A stretch of 64,000 bases of DNA from Octopus vulgaris (GCA_951406725.2 OX597833.1:63612001-63676000), one strand, 5' to 3'; counted from the stretch's first letter, positions 41,837-54,982 are shown. Numbers and translations are program-made. The notes: a model not told the origin generated them from the sequence alone.

Positions 41837-42222
41837 TTCATGCAGTGCGCCCATATGATAGGAAGCCATACATAGTCTTACTGAAGAAAGCAAGCAAAGT
41901 ATACTGGATCCATAGTCCAAAGTCAAGAGATATGACAGGTTAGCTTGGGTAGTTAAGCAGTTGTGGTCGAGGAAAAAGGTAGCATGTAGTACCAATAATT
42001 GTCGGAGCCCTGGGAACAATGAATAAAAATCTCGAGAAGTGCATAGAAGAAATAAGGGCTGTAATAAGGGTGGATCACTTGTAGAAAACAGCACTGATTG
42101 GAACCGCTCGAATACTCCGGAAGGTGTTAAAAAAATAAGAGGTGTTACCTTAGTTCACTGGTGGTGAACAGCTGACACCGTAGTATATCTCCAGCGTTAG
42201 AAGCTGTGCAAAGGCAACAACG
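41837..42222 (+). mobile_element. Second copy of the R4/Dong 3' fragment (tandem duplication)
   Basis: Near-identical to 41171-41555, about six differences. Confidence 0.88.
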
Positions 42223-42247
42223 TAATAATAATAATAATAATAATAAT

Positions 42248-42341
<94 letters not shown>

Positions 42342-42449
42342 TGCCTGGTGTACCCTTATCAGACGGGTAGTCATGATGGGTATACTGGGCTTCGTATATT
42401 TTACCCCAGTGTCACTTTGATGGCATGCTCTGCTCGCTCACTCAATAAT

Positions 42450-42500
<51 letters not shown>

Positions 42501-43116
42501 CCTTTCTACTATAGGCACAAGGCTTGAGGCGTTGGGAGAGGGTGCTTGTAGATGACAACGAACACCCAATGCTAAAGAGAGTGAAATCTAAAAATTAGAA
42601 AACCGACTCCAAAGTTGTTTTTTTTTTATTATGGATAATGTATGAAGTGATTGAGAAATGTCTAAATGTAGAAATATATTAATACAAGATTTACCGCACT
42701 ATATATTAACTGGCAGAGACCAGTCTACTTATAAATAAGTATTTAAAATGATAAGGAGGGTGGGTGGGTGGGGAGAAAGATTCAATGAATTAATAAATAA
42801 AAAAAAAAAGACTAACAATAATGATTCCTCGGTATACCTATTTTGATCAACTCATAAATATCTGGAGATATTTAATGAAAATATGAAGATGATAAAAAGA
42901 AGTTGGTGGAAGTAGTATCGGAGAGAAAAGGAGACAAAAAAAGGAGAAGAAAAAATTGAAAACTGAAAAAAAAAAAATTTATAATTGATTGAGCGAAAAA
43001 GAATTGAGTACAAGTAAAGAATATGGAATAAAGTAACCGAGTCGCAGACAAATCGATTAATATCTGTGTGTAGAATATAATATCTGTATGGAATACAAAG
43101 AATACAAATAGATAAT

Positions 43117-43172
<56 letters not shown>

Positions 43173-43196
43173 TACATACATACATACATACATACA

Positions 43197-43257
<61 letters not shown>

Positions 43258-43854
43258 CTTACTTGGAAAAGGATACGTGGCGTTCGATCATATAATAATA
43301 TAAATAATATATAAATATATGTATATATACTTACATATGTGTACATATATGTATGTACATATGCATATATTTATGTATTATTTATATTATATATGTATAT
43401 ATATGTATATATATGCCTGTGTCGTCTAAGTCGATAGTGATACACAATAAGAGAAAAATATTGATTGCTAACAGGAGGACAGCTCTATGTAAAAAACGAA
43501 GCCAAGTGATATACGATCGGCGGCGATGAATAAATGATGCTGCAGGTGAGCGATCGAAGTCAGTGGCAACGAAATGTTGAGGAAAAGTTAAGTATAGAAA
43601 ACATTTATAGTAGAGAAGATAACATATGTGTCGGTACAAAAAAAGGGGGTAAATTGTTAATCAGTAAAGTTACCCATTTTCTAAAATAAGAAACCGTTAA
43701 ATTATGTGTTTGAATGAATTAGTTCTTTCAGGTTTGCTTTTTTATTTATTAAAAAGGTCTCATCAGAAAAAAAGAATTTGGAATGCTTCACCTGTTTAAG
43801 AATTACAAGCTTTACTTTTTCCAGTTATTTTTGAAGTTATATTTAGATTATTCC

Positions 43855-44131
43855 TACTTGCAAACAAATGTGGTAACATGTAACATCATTGAGCGAGGTT
43901 ACCGTGGTCTTTTCCGTAGGCTTTTCTTCCCACGGATAAACCTTATCTGCTTCCCCCTTTACACTTTACACCATGACACTGTGACACTTTTTCGTCCTTC
44001 CCTTTTACGATCCCTTTTGATCGAAAACCTAACCCACCTTCCCCCCTTTTTTCTCTCTGCCCCCAAAAGAAAAGCTCTACTTTGTAATCTGTCCCGTCTG
44101 TGTGCAGCCCTGTGTGGCTAATAAAGAAACA
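43855..44131 (+). mobile_element. 5'-truncated retroposed LINE 3' UTR with a 17-bp TSD
   Basis: tatatttagattattcc at 43838-43854 and 44132-44148; AATAAA at 44120-44125. Confidence 0.8.
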
Positions 44132-44742
44132 TATATTTAGATTATTCCATTTCAGGTCAAGTGGTAAGTTAGTTTCAGTAAGTTCCAGATAAATCTGGGT
44201 AAAGAAGTAATGTTTCTTTCTTTTTAGGTAACAAAGGTGTATGTGGTGAAATAAAACCTGGTTTTAAAATCATTGGCGGTGAGTCTAATAAACATTTATG
44301 TAAGGACAAGGCCTTGCATGTGTACGATGTTCTTAGCAATATGGTAGCATCGAAAGAAATGGTTCTTTGAGAAGTTTCTCTGTGACAGTATATAACTGCT
44401 AGTTATGTCTCATGCTTGTATACACAAATATGTTATACACGCGACTATTCTAACAGGAACTTCTTTCAATTGAGAATGTTAATTTAATTCTAGCCTGTCT
44501 TGTTTTCGCATAAATCAGTAAATGTTTTGTTTACTGATTTTTATGTCGGAAAAAATTTCGGCTTGGCACAAACGTCCGGGTAATTAGTCATCGACGCGAC
44601 GAAATTAAGTCAAAACAACATGTCTGCCAATCTATCGGCGTTCTGAGTAAAGTCCTGTGTTTTTAACCACAAAAATCTAATTTAGAAGCTGCCTTGAGAC
44701 AAATTATTACATCTGGCACCGTTCCACGTTTTGTACGTTGTT

Positions 44743-45031
44743 GTTTTGTTTGTTCCTTCTCGAGCCATGCCTGGCTCATAAGGGCCGGTTTCCCGGTTTC
44801 CTTGGCGTATAGGTTCCCCACCTGGACGGGACGCCGGTCCGTCGCAGGTGAGCTGCAAAATGCAGGAGGAAAGAATGAGAGAAAGTTATGGCGAAAGAGT
44901 CAGCAGAAGTTCGCCTTTACCTTCTGCCGGAGTCGCGTAGAGGTTAGGTGTTTCGGTCATAAACACATACATCGCCCGGTCTGAGATTCGAACCCGCTAT
45001 CCCTCTAACCACTAGGCCATATGCGTCCACA
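44743..45031 (-). mobile_element. SINE C2 with a deletion in the tRNA head
   Basis: Homologous to 26077-26386; the anticodon-arm segment is deleted between ctc microhomologies. Confidence 0.88.
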
Positions 45032-45082
45032 CATTTTGTATACACCTTATAAATTTTATATCCACCGGTATTTTAAGCTAAC

Positions 45083-45299
45083 ACTCTATTTACTCTTTTA
45101 CTTGTTTCAGTCATTTGACTGCGGCCATGCTGGAGCACCGCCTTTAGTCGAGCAAATCGACCCCGGGACTTATTCTTTGTAAGCCCAGTACTTATTCTAT
45201 CGGTCTCTTTTGCCGAACCGCTAAGTGACGGGGACGTAAACACACCAGCATCGGTTGTCAAGCAATGCTAGAGGGACAAACACAGACACACAAACATAT

Positions 45300-45366
<67 letters not shown>

Positions 45367-45384
45367 TACGACAGGCTTCTTTCA
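45083..45384 (-). mobile_element. SINE A 3' portion
   Basis: Near-consensus family A tail and body. Confidence 0.9.
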
Positions 45385-45761
45385 CACTGTTTCAAATGTG
45401 TTTATAAATTATTACAATATAATTTTTTCTCGGATTTCTTTATAATCATATCTCTGGTTTGTAACTCGTAAACAATTCTAATCCAGGCTTTGAATAATCC
45501 AATAAATTAATTATGTATGTTTGTACGTGCTTGTGTATACGCATGCGCTGATGTATACGTAGTTTATACGCAATTGCTAGTATAAACGAACCTTTTTTAT
45601 ATTGATTTATGGATATATTTGCTGTTCCCCTTGTCGTACACTAGTCTTCCGTTAATATATTCTATCTGCATTTAATCTTATTTGTTCTTCTAATATCATG
45701 TTTCTTTTATTTGTGTAGTAATTAGATTCCTATCTATTTGTCTATGACGATATTATTCTAA

Positions 45762-47345
45762 TATCGTTTATCTTTTATCGTTTACTTGTTCAAGCCTGTA
45801 CGCTGTGGTCATACCAGGACATTTAATGATGGTATTGCTTTTCTTTTACTGAAATGCAACCTTTAAATGGCGTTTAGCGAATGTTGGGTTCCGTATTTGC
45901 CGTCCTCAGTTGTGTTTCTTGCCACGAAACATGGAGTAGATGGCTTAATTGCTTTGCAAAGACTTCTACATCCATGTAGAAGTCAGTCTCTAAAAATCTC
46001 GACATGTCGGCCTCTAGAAATTTCGACAGTATATTGAAAAGCTATCGGCTTTTGACCGTTAAGCTATTGAAGTCTCGTCCTAAGTTTGGGCCCTGAGAAC
46101 GGAATCTTCGGCATTGCCAAAGGTTAGTGAAAGTCCTAGGGCCTTCCAGACATATATTAATGCATAGCTTGCCCGTCTTCGCTCCTCGGAATAGAGTCTC
46201 AACATTTTCAGCCTTTCCCAGTAGCTGACATGTTTCATTGAGGCATTCCTCTTTACGTAGCAGCGTTAGGTTGCTTCATTTCTTTTAAATTTGCATATTG
46301 CCGCATTTCATTTAAATCTACATATTGTAATCAGGAAAAAATAATCTAGACCGTTAAGGACAAATAATCCCCAGAGAATCGGCTACATATCATTGTCAGA
46401 TGAGTAATATGAGCTTAAAATGATGCATCATTACTCATGTTAATGGTCAAGTTACGTAAAGATTGTAATTTTAGAATTGTTATCAACTCGTGATTACATG
46501 TATAGTTTCCGCATTGCACTAAATTTTGTGTGCCGATAGGAGAAGGCTAGAAAATTTGCGGTATGAAATCGCATGTTATTTTATTAAAATCCCTTACACA
46601 TAGCATTTAAGTCTGTTTCCAGTTGCATAGCATCTCCAGGGTTCTTTATCGTCTGCAATACTTTTGTATCGTCTGCCATACATTTGTATCGTCTGCAATA
46701 CTTTTGTATCGTCTGCAATACTTTTGTATCGTCTGCAATACATTTGTATCGTCTGCAATACATTTGTATCGCCTGCAATACTTTTGTATCGTCTGCCATA
46801 CATTTGTATCGCCTGCAATACTTTTGTATCGTCTGCCATACATTTGTATCGCCTGCAATACTTTTGTATCGTCTGCCATACATTTGTATCGCCTGCCATA
46901 CATTTGTATCGCTTGCAATACTTTTGTATCGTCTGCAATACTTTTGTATCGTCTGCAATACATTTGTATCGTCTGCAATACTTTTGTATCGTCTGCAATA
47001 CTTTTGTATCGCCTGCAATACTTTTGTATCGTCTGTCATACATTTGTATCGCCTGCAATACTTTTGTATCGTCTGCAATACATTTGTATCGCCTGCAATA
47101 CATTTGTATCGTCTGCAATACTTTTGTATCGCCTGCAATACTTTTGTATCGCCTGCAATACATTTGTATCGTCTGCAATACTTTTGTATCGCCTGCAATA
47201 CTTTTGTATCGTCTGTCATACATTTGTATCGCCTGCAATACTTTTGTATCATCTGCCATACATTTGTATCGCCTGCAATACATTTGTATCGTCTGCCATA
47301 CATTTGTATCGCCTGCAATACTTTTGTATCGTCTGCATCACTCGT
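45762..47345 (-). pseudogene. CR1-like LINE 3' remnant (RT C-terminus through 3' tail)
   Basis: (Y>D)ADDTKVLQTIKNPGDAMQLETDLNAM, NNMRF, QSLRNLTINMSNDASF, SYWERLKMLRLYSEERRRASYALIYVWKAL; stem-loop and (TAAA.GA)n tail at 45762-45822. Confidence 0.85.
46647..47337. repeat. 20-bp minisatellite, about 34.5 units (tatcgyctgcmatacwtttg)
   Basis: Exact 20-bp periodicity with no indels. Confidence 0.98.
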
Positions 47346-47902
47346 GAAATTGACTGTTTTCATCTAACAGTGGTTTGTAGCATGAAATTCTGTTGAAACG
47401 ATGTTTAAAACACTTCTTTATTTCCTGTCAAATTTGACACGAAGTCTAATAATATCTGTTATATTAGAATTCTTTTATATTCCTGTGCCTGTTGTGTAAT
47501 ACGTGATATATTTTGATTTTGGTTACATATATTCCCAGAACAAATTTTCTTTTCTGTTTGTAAACCCACTTAATAAATTTTTAACAGCTTATACCTGTAT
47601 ATTGTTGGTATTAAGAATTTATTTCGTTATTTTCATCATCTCTCTCTCAAATCTGTAATTTCCACACTGTTTGAAATCTTGTTCATGTTAAGGAACAGAA
47701 GTATCTCTACATACTTCTCTAGATACTGGAAATTCAGGGACAATATTTCAGCGCTTACGCACAAGGCTTGGAGTACTGTCAACAAGTCCAAGTGGTTTTT
47801 ATGCACGCACAAACAAAACATATATATACATACATACATACATACATACATACATACATACATACATACATACATACATTCATACATACACACATACATA
47901 CA

Positions 47903-47936
<34 letters not shown>

Positions 47937-47996
47937 CATACATATATATATATATGTATATATATGTGCATGTGTGTGTATGTATGTAAGTGTATG

Positions 47997-48041
<45 letters not shown>

Positions 48042-48154
48042 GTAAATATAATATGTGACAATTATTCGGTGGCCATGATAAAACTCCGAGTTTCGGATGG
48101 CGTGGCGGAAACCCACGCCGCTATCTTTTCTATCTATGTATCTATCTATGTATG

Positions 48155-48283
<129 letters not shown>

Positions 48284-48325
48284 ACAAGTAAAAAATAGAA
48301 AATGCTAAAATAATTTTATAGTGAA

Positions 48326-48373
48326 CATTTCAGTACCGGTTTCGGTCATTTTGAGACCTTTTCAACTGTAACG
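48326..48373 (-). ncRNA. Minimal type I hammerhead ribozyme, U3-A8 core variant
   Basis: CGUUACAG UUGAAAA GGUC-UCAAAAU-GACC GAAA CCGG UA| CUGAAAUG. Stem I has 7 of 8 pairs, stem II has 4 bp, stem III is the palindrome ACCGGU. Confidence 0.8.
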
Positions 48374-49104
48374 ATTAAATAATTAAATTTAGAAAAATTA
48401 GAAGAAAAGTTTTTTTAAAAGAATATTTCTATAGTAGTGTTCAGATTTAAGTGGCATTCTGCCTTTCTCTGACTCCCTTGTTTGCACTTGTGTGTTCGAG
48501 GTAGTTGTGAGTTCTTGGTAGGGTAGTAGAGGGAAGGCTGGTGAGGAAAGGGGGGTGGGAGAATCTGGGAGTGCCCTGATGGTCGTATTTTGAATGGTCA
48601 GTGGCGGCTGGCAGTCTCAGTTCAATTCAGGATTGTTTATAGAATTAGCGTAGGTGTTATACTAAAAAACATTAGTGACAAACTTAAGGGGTAGGGGGTG
48701 GAGAAGAAGAAGAAGAAGAAGAAGAAGAAGAAGAAGAAGAAGAAGAAGAAGAAGGAGAAGGAGAAGATGATGGTGATGGTGGTGATGATTATGACGACGA
48801 TGATGATGATAACGATGATGAAGAAGAAGAAGAAGAAGAAGAAGAAGAAGAAGAAGAAGAAGAAGAAGAAGAAGAAGAAGAAGAAGAAGAAGAAGGAGAA
48901 GGAGAAGATGGTGGTGATGATGATGACGCCGATGATGATGATAACGATGATGATGAAGAAGAAGAAGAAGAAAAAAACAGAGAAGGGAGAATATGAATGG
49001 GTGTAAATATAGCTATGAAGGGGCTGATTAGTAATGGATTCTATGGAGTGTAGTATTTGTGTGTGTATATATATTTTTTTCTTTTATTCTAAAGTTGAGG
49101 TATA

Positions 49105-50802
49105 TTAATTGTTTGTCGTAGACCCGTTAAGAAGTGGCTTGTATTTTGTAATAAAGAGATTTTCTTTACTTATTCTTTGTCTCGAGGTTGTATCGTCCCT
49201 AAATTGGTAGAGGGGGAAAATTCTGAAGTTTGGTGTTTTTTTGTTGGCGCAAGTATCTATGTGTTGGCTAAAAGCTATTTTTCTGTTTTGGGGAATTTTT
49301 ATCTGGGATCTGTGCAGGGCCATTCGTTTACGCAAACCATTTTTTGTTTGGCCTATGTACTGCTCTTGACACCCGGAGCAGGTTAGTGAGTATATTAGGT
49401 TCTCCGAAGCACATGTGAAGTTGCTTTTCACTGTAAACCGTTGTCCCTGTTTGAAGGAGAACTCCGAACCCTCGATTAGATAGTCGCATATCCCGCAATT
49501 GGGTCTTCCACATTTTTTTACTGTCGGCTTCTGTGTTGAAGAGTGAATTCGGGCTTGTGTAAGGAGACTTTTCATGGATCTAGGCTGTCTTTTGCTTTTT
49601 ATGATCGTGTGTGTTTGGAGGATTGTGTTCATTCTGTGGTCTTTTTTTAGGAGGGGTATGTTGTGGAGGATGGTGTCGAAGGCTTCGTTATTGAGAGGGT
49701 TGTGTGTGGAGATGTATGGTAAGGCTTTTGGTTGTAAGTTTTTCTTTGATTTGGGATGTCTCAGTTCCTTGATGTTAAGTTGAAGGGCACGTTGAATGCA
49801 CTTGTCAATAAGTGAAGGTGGATAGTTCCTGGTGATTAGGGTATCTTTTAGTTCTTGTAGTCGTGTGTCTCTGGTGTTTGCGTTAGAGACTATAGTGCAT
49901 ATCCTTTTTGCTAGATTGAAGGGGATATTCATCCTGGTGTGTCTGGGGTGGCATGAATTGAATGGAAGATATTGCTTAGAGTCTGTAGGCTTATAGTATA
50001 TGTCTGTTTCTATTATATTATTAGCTTTCTTAATGAGGATATCGAGGAAGGGGAGTTGTTGTTGGCTATATTCCATCGTGAATTGGATGTTTACGTCCAG
50101 TCCGTTTAAAATTTTCTGGAATTCTATGAGTTTTTCTATATTTTTATGCCAAAGGATGAAACAGTCATCTAGATATCTCTTCCAGTTGTTTTCTATGTAG
50201 ATGGAGAAAGGGCTGCCATATCTTTCTAGAACCTTACGATACAGACTGATCTCTAGGTATCCTATGACTAGGTTGGCAAAGGAGGGGGCCATTCGTGTAC
50301 CCATCGCAGTCCCCGATTTTTGTCGGTAGAAGTTGTCATTGAAGGCGAAGAAGTTATTTTCCAGGATGAATTTAACCCCTTCTATCACAAATTCTTTTTT
50401 GATGCGGTGTGGTAGTTCGTTGGCGTGATTCTCTAGCCAGAATTGGATTGCCTCTAGTCCTAGGTTGTGGGGGATATTGGAGTAGAGGTTGACTACATCG
50501 AAGGATACCAGTATGGTGTTTTTGTTTATAGTATTCGGTAGGTGATTGAGCATATCTAAGTCGTCCCTTATATAGCTTTTGACATGTTTGAGGAGTGGTT
50601 TTAACAGGGTGTCTAAAAAGTTACTGAGGCGGTGGGTTTCGCATGCGGGACCTGCTATTATGGGTCTCAATTTGAGGTCATTAGGATTAGGGACTTTAAT
50701 TATTTTGTCTGTAGCTATCTTGCATGCGTTGCTTATTTTTTCACTTTTGTGGATCTTAGGTATACCGTAGAATTGGCTAGTTTTACTTGTGAAATTGGTC
50801 AT
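49105..50802 (-). CDS. PLE reverse transcriptase plus GIY-YIG endonuclease (565 aa from the first in-element ATG; N-terminus missing)
   Basis: FYGIPKIHK, LRPII, SFDVVNLYSNIP, YRQKSGTAMG, RYLDD, LPFLD, YYKPTD..YL, linker CGRPNCGIC, NLIYSLTC..C...YIGQT, R...H, terminal P.LN. No stops. The track's extension to 50910 runs through a microsatellite. Confidence 0.95.
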   Translation of the reverse strand: MTNFTSKTSQFYGIPKIHKSEKISNACKIATDKIIKVPNPNDLKLRPIIAGPACETHRLSNFLDTLLKPLLKHVKSYIRDDLDMLNHLPNTINKNTILVSFDVVNLYSNIPHNLGLEAIQFWLENHANELPHRIKKEFVIEGVKFILENNFFAFNDNFYRQKSGTAMGTRMAPSFANLVIGYLEISLYRKVLERYGSPFSIYIENNWKRYLDDCFILWHKNIEKLIEFQKILNGLDVNIQFTMEYSQQQLPFLDILIKKANNIIETDIYYKPTDSKQYLPFNSCHPRHTRMNIPFNLAKRICTIVSNANTRDTRLQELKDTLITRNYPPSLIDKCIQRALQLNIKELRHPKSKKNLQPKALPYISTHNPLNNEAFDTILHNIPLLKKDHRMNTILQTHTIIKSKRQPRSMKSLLTQARIHSSTQKPTVKKCGRPNCGICDYLIEGSEFSFKQGQRFTVKSNFTCASENLIYSLTCSGCQEQYIGQTKNGLRKRMALHRSQIKIPQNRKIAFSQHIDTCANKKTPNFRIFPLYQFRDDTTSRQRISKENLFITKYKPLLNGSTTNN

Positions 50803-50808
50803 ATAATC

Positions 50809-50857
<49 letters not shown>

Positions 50858-51517
50858 AGACCATCTCTACATTCATAGTTCCATTGCCCGCAGTCTATTA
50901 TAGTTGCCATCTAACCCAATGTCTAAATCACTTTCAGGGAAAAATAACCTACAAGCCGAAAAACCAAAAGGGAACCATTTTTCGCTCGGTGCATTAACGA
51001 AAGAAGAGTGACTTATAAAAGGATTTTGTGGATTAATAAAGATTCAAACGGAAACTGATAGCGAAGCCTATAAATTTCTGTCTGTTAAATAAAATATAGC
51101 TATTTGCTTTCGTTTCCATTGTTGAAACTATACTGAAGGAGAGTCGTACCATAAAACAGTAACATTTCAGGAAAGAAACCGCAATGAAAAAATGACTGAA
51201 TTTTTCATAACAATTCTGAAATAATAAACTTGAATTATTAGTAATTTTATTCAGCAATATATTTTATGTTTTTATTTTGCTGAATTGAGAAGAAAAAAAA
51301 ATGAACAGGTTACATAAGACAGAAAGAAATATATGGTGAAATAAAAGATTTGTTGGAGAGGCGTAAACTTGTGAATATTTCATTTAACGGTATTGGATTT
51401 TATTTTATATCATCAACTTTATAGCGAGACGACGTTATGTGAGGACTGCCTCTTTCTCTCTTTGTCTCTCTCTTTATATGTATGTATGTGTAAATATATA
51501 TATATATACATGCAGAA

Positions 51518-51596
<79 letters not shown>

Positions 51597-51622
51597 ATAT
51601 CTATACATATACACAGAGCAAC

Positions 51623-51653
<31 letters not shown>

Positions 51654-51752
51654 CGTATTATATATATGCATACGTATATGTAGATATACAAGCAATTTTT
51701 TTCTCTCTCTATATATATACATTTATTTATATAAGTGGACATATATATATAA

Positions 51753-51787
<35 letters not shown>

Positions 51788-53240
51788 CGTGTGTGTGTGT
51801 GTGCGTGTGTGTGTGTGTGTGTTCGTGTGTGCATGTTTATATGTATATATTGATCATTGTATCTATGAATATATGTCGATGTGCAACCATCTAAAATCTA
51901 CACACGTATAATGCAGACACACACATACACACAGACACACACATACATATATATATATATTCATACATATATTTCTCTCCATATATATATATATGTATGA
52001 GGACACATTTTAATGACTGGAGCGTAGTAGATCAATATCCAGTAATTTTTATACGCACATTCAGTTTTCATTATTAAGCATTGAGCTCCATTTTACTTTC
52101 TCTTTATGCCTGAGTATACCTACTTATGTCACGAAATTAGTCACTTTACTGGAATAACAATTTAACACAACGAGACTGAGGACACAGACACACAATCATT
52201 TACAGCTGTATGGTCCTCTGTGTGTGTGAACGTGTGTGTACGTGAATGGATATATATAGGTATGAGTTGGTGGTGTGTATGTGTCTGTATAGGTGAAGAG
52301 TGTGTGGTTTCCATTATGAAGAATTTCATCGTAGCCAATTAGAAATGTAAGCCCATATCACAAGCAGTGAATTGAAAATCACTAAAAGCTGTTATCAAAC
52401 CGTGCAAATAACTGTATATATATATATGTATATATATATATGTGTGTGTGTATATATATATATATGTACACATATATATCTATATCTCTATATATATATA
52501 TGTATATATATATATGTATGTATGTATGTATACATATACGTGTATGTATATATGTGTCTGAGTGTGTTTGTGTGTGTGTGTAAATGAGTGTGTGTGTGTG
52601 AGTGTGTGTAGATGTCTGTGTGTACATATATATATATATACTTATATAGACAAGCGTATCCATTAGTACGTATCTATGTACGTGTATATGTATGTATGTA
52701 TCTATCTGTCTGTATATGTATGTATGTATGTATCTATCTATCTACGTATCTATCTATATTTGAATATGTATGTATATATTTAAGTATATACACATACATA
52801 TATCCTTACATACTCCTAGATAGATATAGGCATACACATTCACATACACAACTTTTGAATTACCGTGTAGTTTCATCTGACATATCATTTATTATATCAT
52901 TTGTCGTAAACAGAATCATATTCAACGGAAAATGCCTCTATACTGTATTTTCAATTTGTGATCGATCCTATTACATTACATCCGATAGATCAATCAGTTT
53001 CCAATTTGCGGATGTTTACTACCAATTAAATTTGGTTTTCGATCACGGCATATTGATATTATCTCCGTACTTTTCGCGATAAATTTCTTTATTTCATTAT
53101 TATATGGAATTTCTCAGCAATACATAACTGACATTGTTTTATGCGTCATGGTTTTCTTTTCGGAATGAATATATTAACTGTTCTATATCAGCAATTGCTC
53201 TAAAATGATTTTACAATTGTCAGAGTAAAGTATACAAATA

Positions 53241-53316
<76 letters not shown>

Positions 53317-53321
<5 letters not shown>

Positions 53322-53570
53322 AGGAACCGAGTGTTTAGGCTGATGTTCTTACGACAGCTAGATCGCGGGCTTGATTCCCTGATCGCAAGGAACGTTGTGT
53401 TCTTGAGCAAAACACTTCATTTCATGCGGCTCGATCAGGGGAGGGGGAATGTTGGCCAGCCTGCCTAGCCAGCGGGGTGGAGTCATTTGGAGGGGGAAAC
53501 AATGCAAAACGCATTGTGGCCATAGATGTGTAACAAAATATAGTAGCCTGGCCGGTCACATGATCATGTG
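53317..53570 (+). mobile_element. Old SINE, family E
   Basis: Homolog of 37452-37720. Confidence 0.7.
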
Positions 53571-53571
53571 A

Positions 53572-53728
53572 TAACAGCCGAAATTGCGAGGATGATCCAG
53601 TTCTTGACTGAGGATACAAAGCTTCGAATGACTCATCCTTGTTTTTTTGTATTGGGTATCTGGATGTTTTGTTGTCTCTTTTTGTATCACCTAGTTGTCC
53701 GGATGTTTTGCGTTCTAGTCCCATTTTG

Positions 53729-53733
<5 letters not shown>
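53572..53733 (+). mobile_element. Terminal fragment of the 55674-56432 family ending in (TA)n
   Basis: agccgaaattgc...gactgagga...gtcccattttgtat followed by (TA)n. Confidence 0.75.
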
Positions 53734-53780
<47 letters not shown>

Positions 53781-53781
53781 A

Positions 53782-54305
53782 TTGGGTTGTCCGGAAAGTT
53801 CGGGCTGATTTATAGTAGTTTTCCTTTCGACTTATTTTAGAACATGGTCCATAAAATAGGATTTGACTACACCTCCATTTAGAGCAAGGTTTAAGCTATC
53901 TTTTAGTGGAAGAAGGTTTATGTCCCTATAACCTGTGTTAATTCTGTAACCCTTTAAAATGGAAGATAAGAAAGTTCATTTTCGGTACTTGATGCTTTGG
54001 GATGTGTTATCCCACCCTCCATATTCACCAGATATTGCTCCTTCGGATTTCCACTTATTCAGGTCTCTGCAAAATAGTCTTAATGGTAAACATTTCAATT
54101 CCTTGGATGACGTAAAAAAGATACCGTGATGAATCATTTGCCATGAAACCACTTCAATTCTGGGAAGAGGGTATTTTCAAGTTAAAGGTAAGATGGAGAC
54201 GCATTGTGCAACAAAAGGTTTCATATTTGGTTGATTAAAAGTGTAATGGCAAGTATTTATTGACCTTTTTATTTCCTTTAAAAATCAGCACGAACTTTCC
54301 GGACG

Positions 54306-54311
<6 letters not shown>
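53782..54311 (+). mobile_element. Internally deleted mariner with both TIRs
   Basis: TA|ttgggttgtccggaaagttcgggctgattt ... aaatcagcacgaactttccggacgacccta|TA. MEDKKVHFRYLMLW is fused to DVLSHPPYSPDIAPSDFHLFRSLQNSL. Confidence 0.93.
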
Positions 54312-54363
<52 letters not shown>

Positions 54364-54874
54364 GCCAACACCAGTTATCAAGAAGTGGTGGTGGGGGGAC
54401 ATGTACAAACACAAGGACACACACACACACATACACATATACATTAGTACATAAATATATACACATATACATCTGTATATCAATATGTGTATATATATAT
54501 ATATATATTTATGTACATATATGTATATGTACATATATATGTCTAGATATACATATATAAATACGTACACGCAGGCACATACACATATATACAGGCATAC
54601 ATATACATATCAATCTATCTATATACCTATCTATCTTATCTATATACCTACCTACATATCCATCCATCCATCCATCCATCCATCCATCCATCCATACATC
54701 CGTCCGTCTGTCTGTCTGTCTATCTATAGATTCATACACGCATCATACATTTAATGCTTACTGTAGGAACACTGCCAAGTATATTATATTTCATACATAA
54801 TCTTCATATATGTATGCATGTATGTATGAATGTATGTATGTATATATATATATATGTATATATATATATGTATG

Positions 54875-54982
<108 letters not shown>

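Noticed and set aside
46647-47337. CRISPR-like array
   Set aside because: The units are contiguous with no unique spacers, there are no cas genes, and the context is a eukaryotic LINE.
50803-50910. N-terminal extension of the PLE ORF
   Set aside because: It reads through (CA)n/(TA)n and flanking DNA outside the element.
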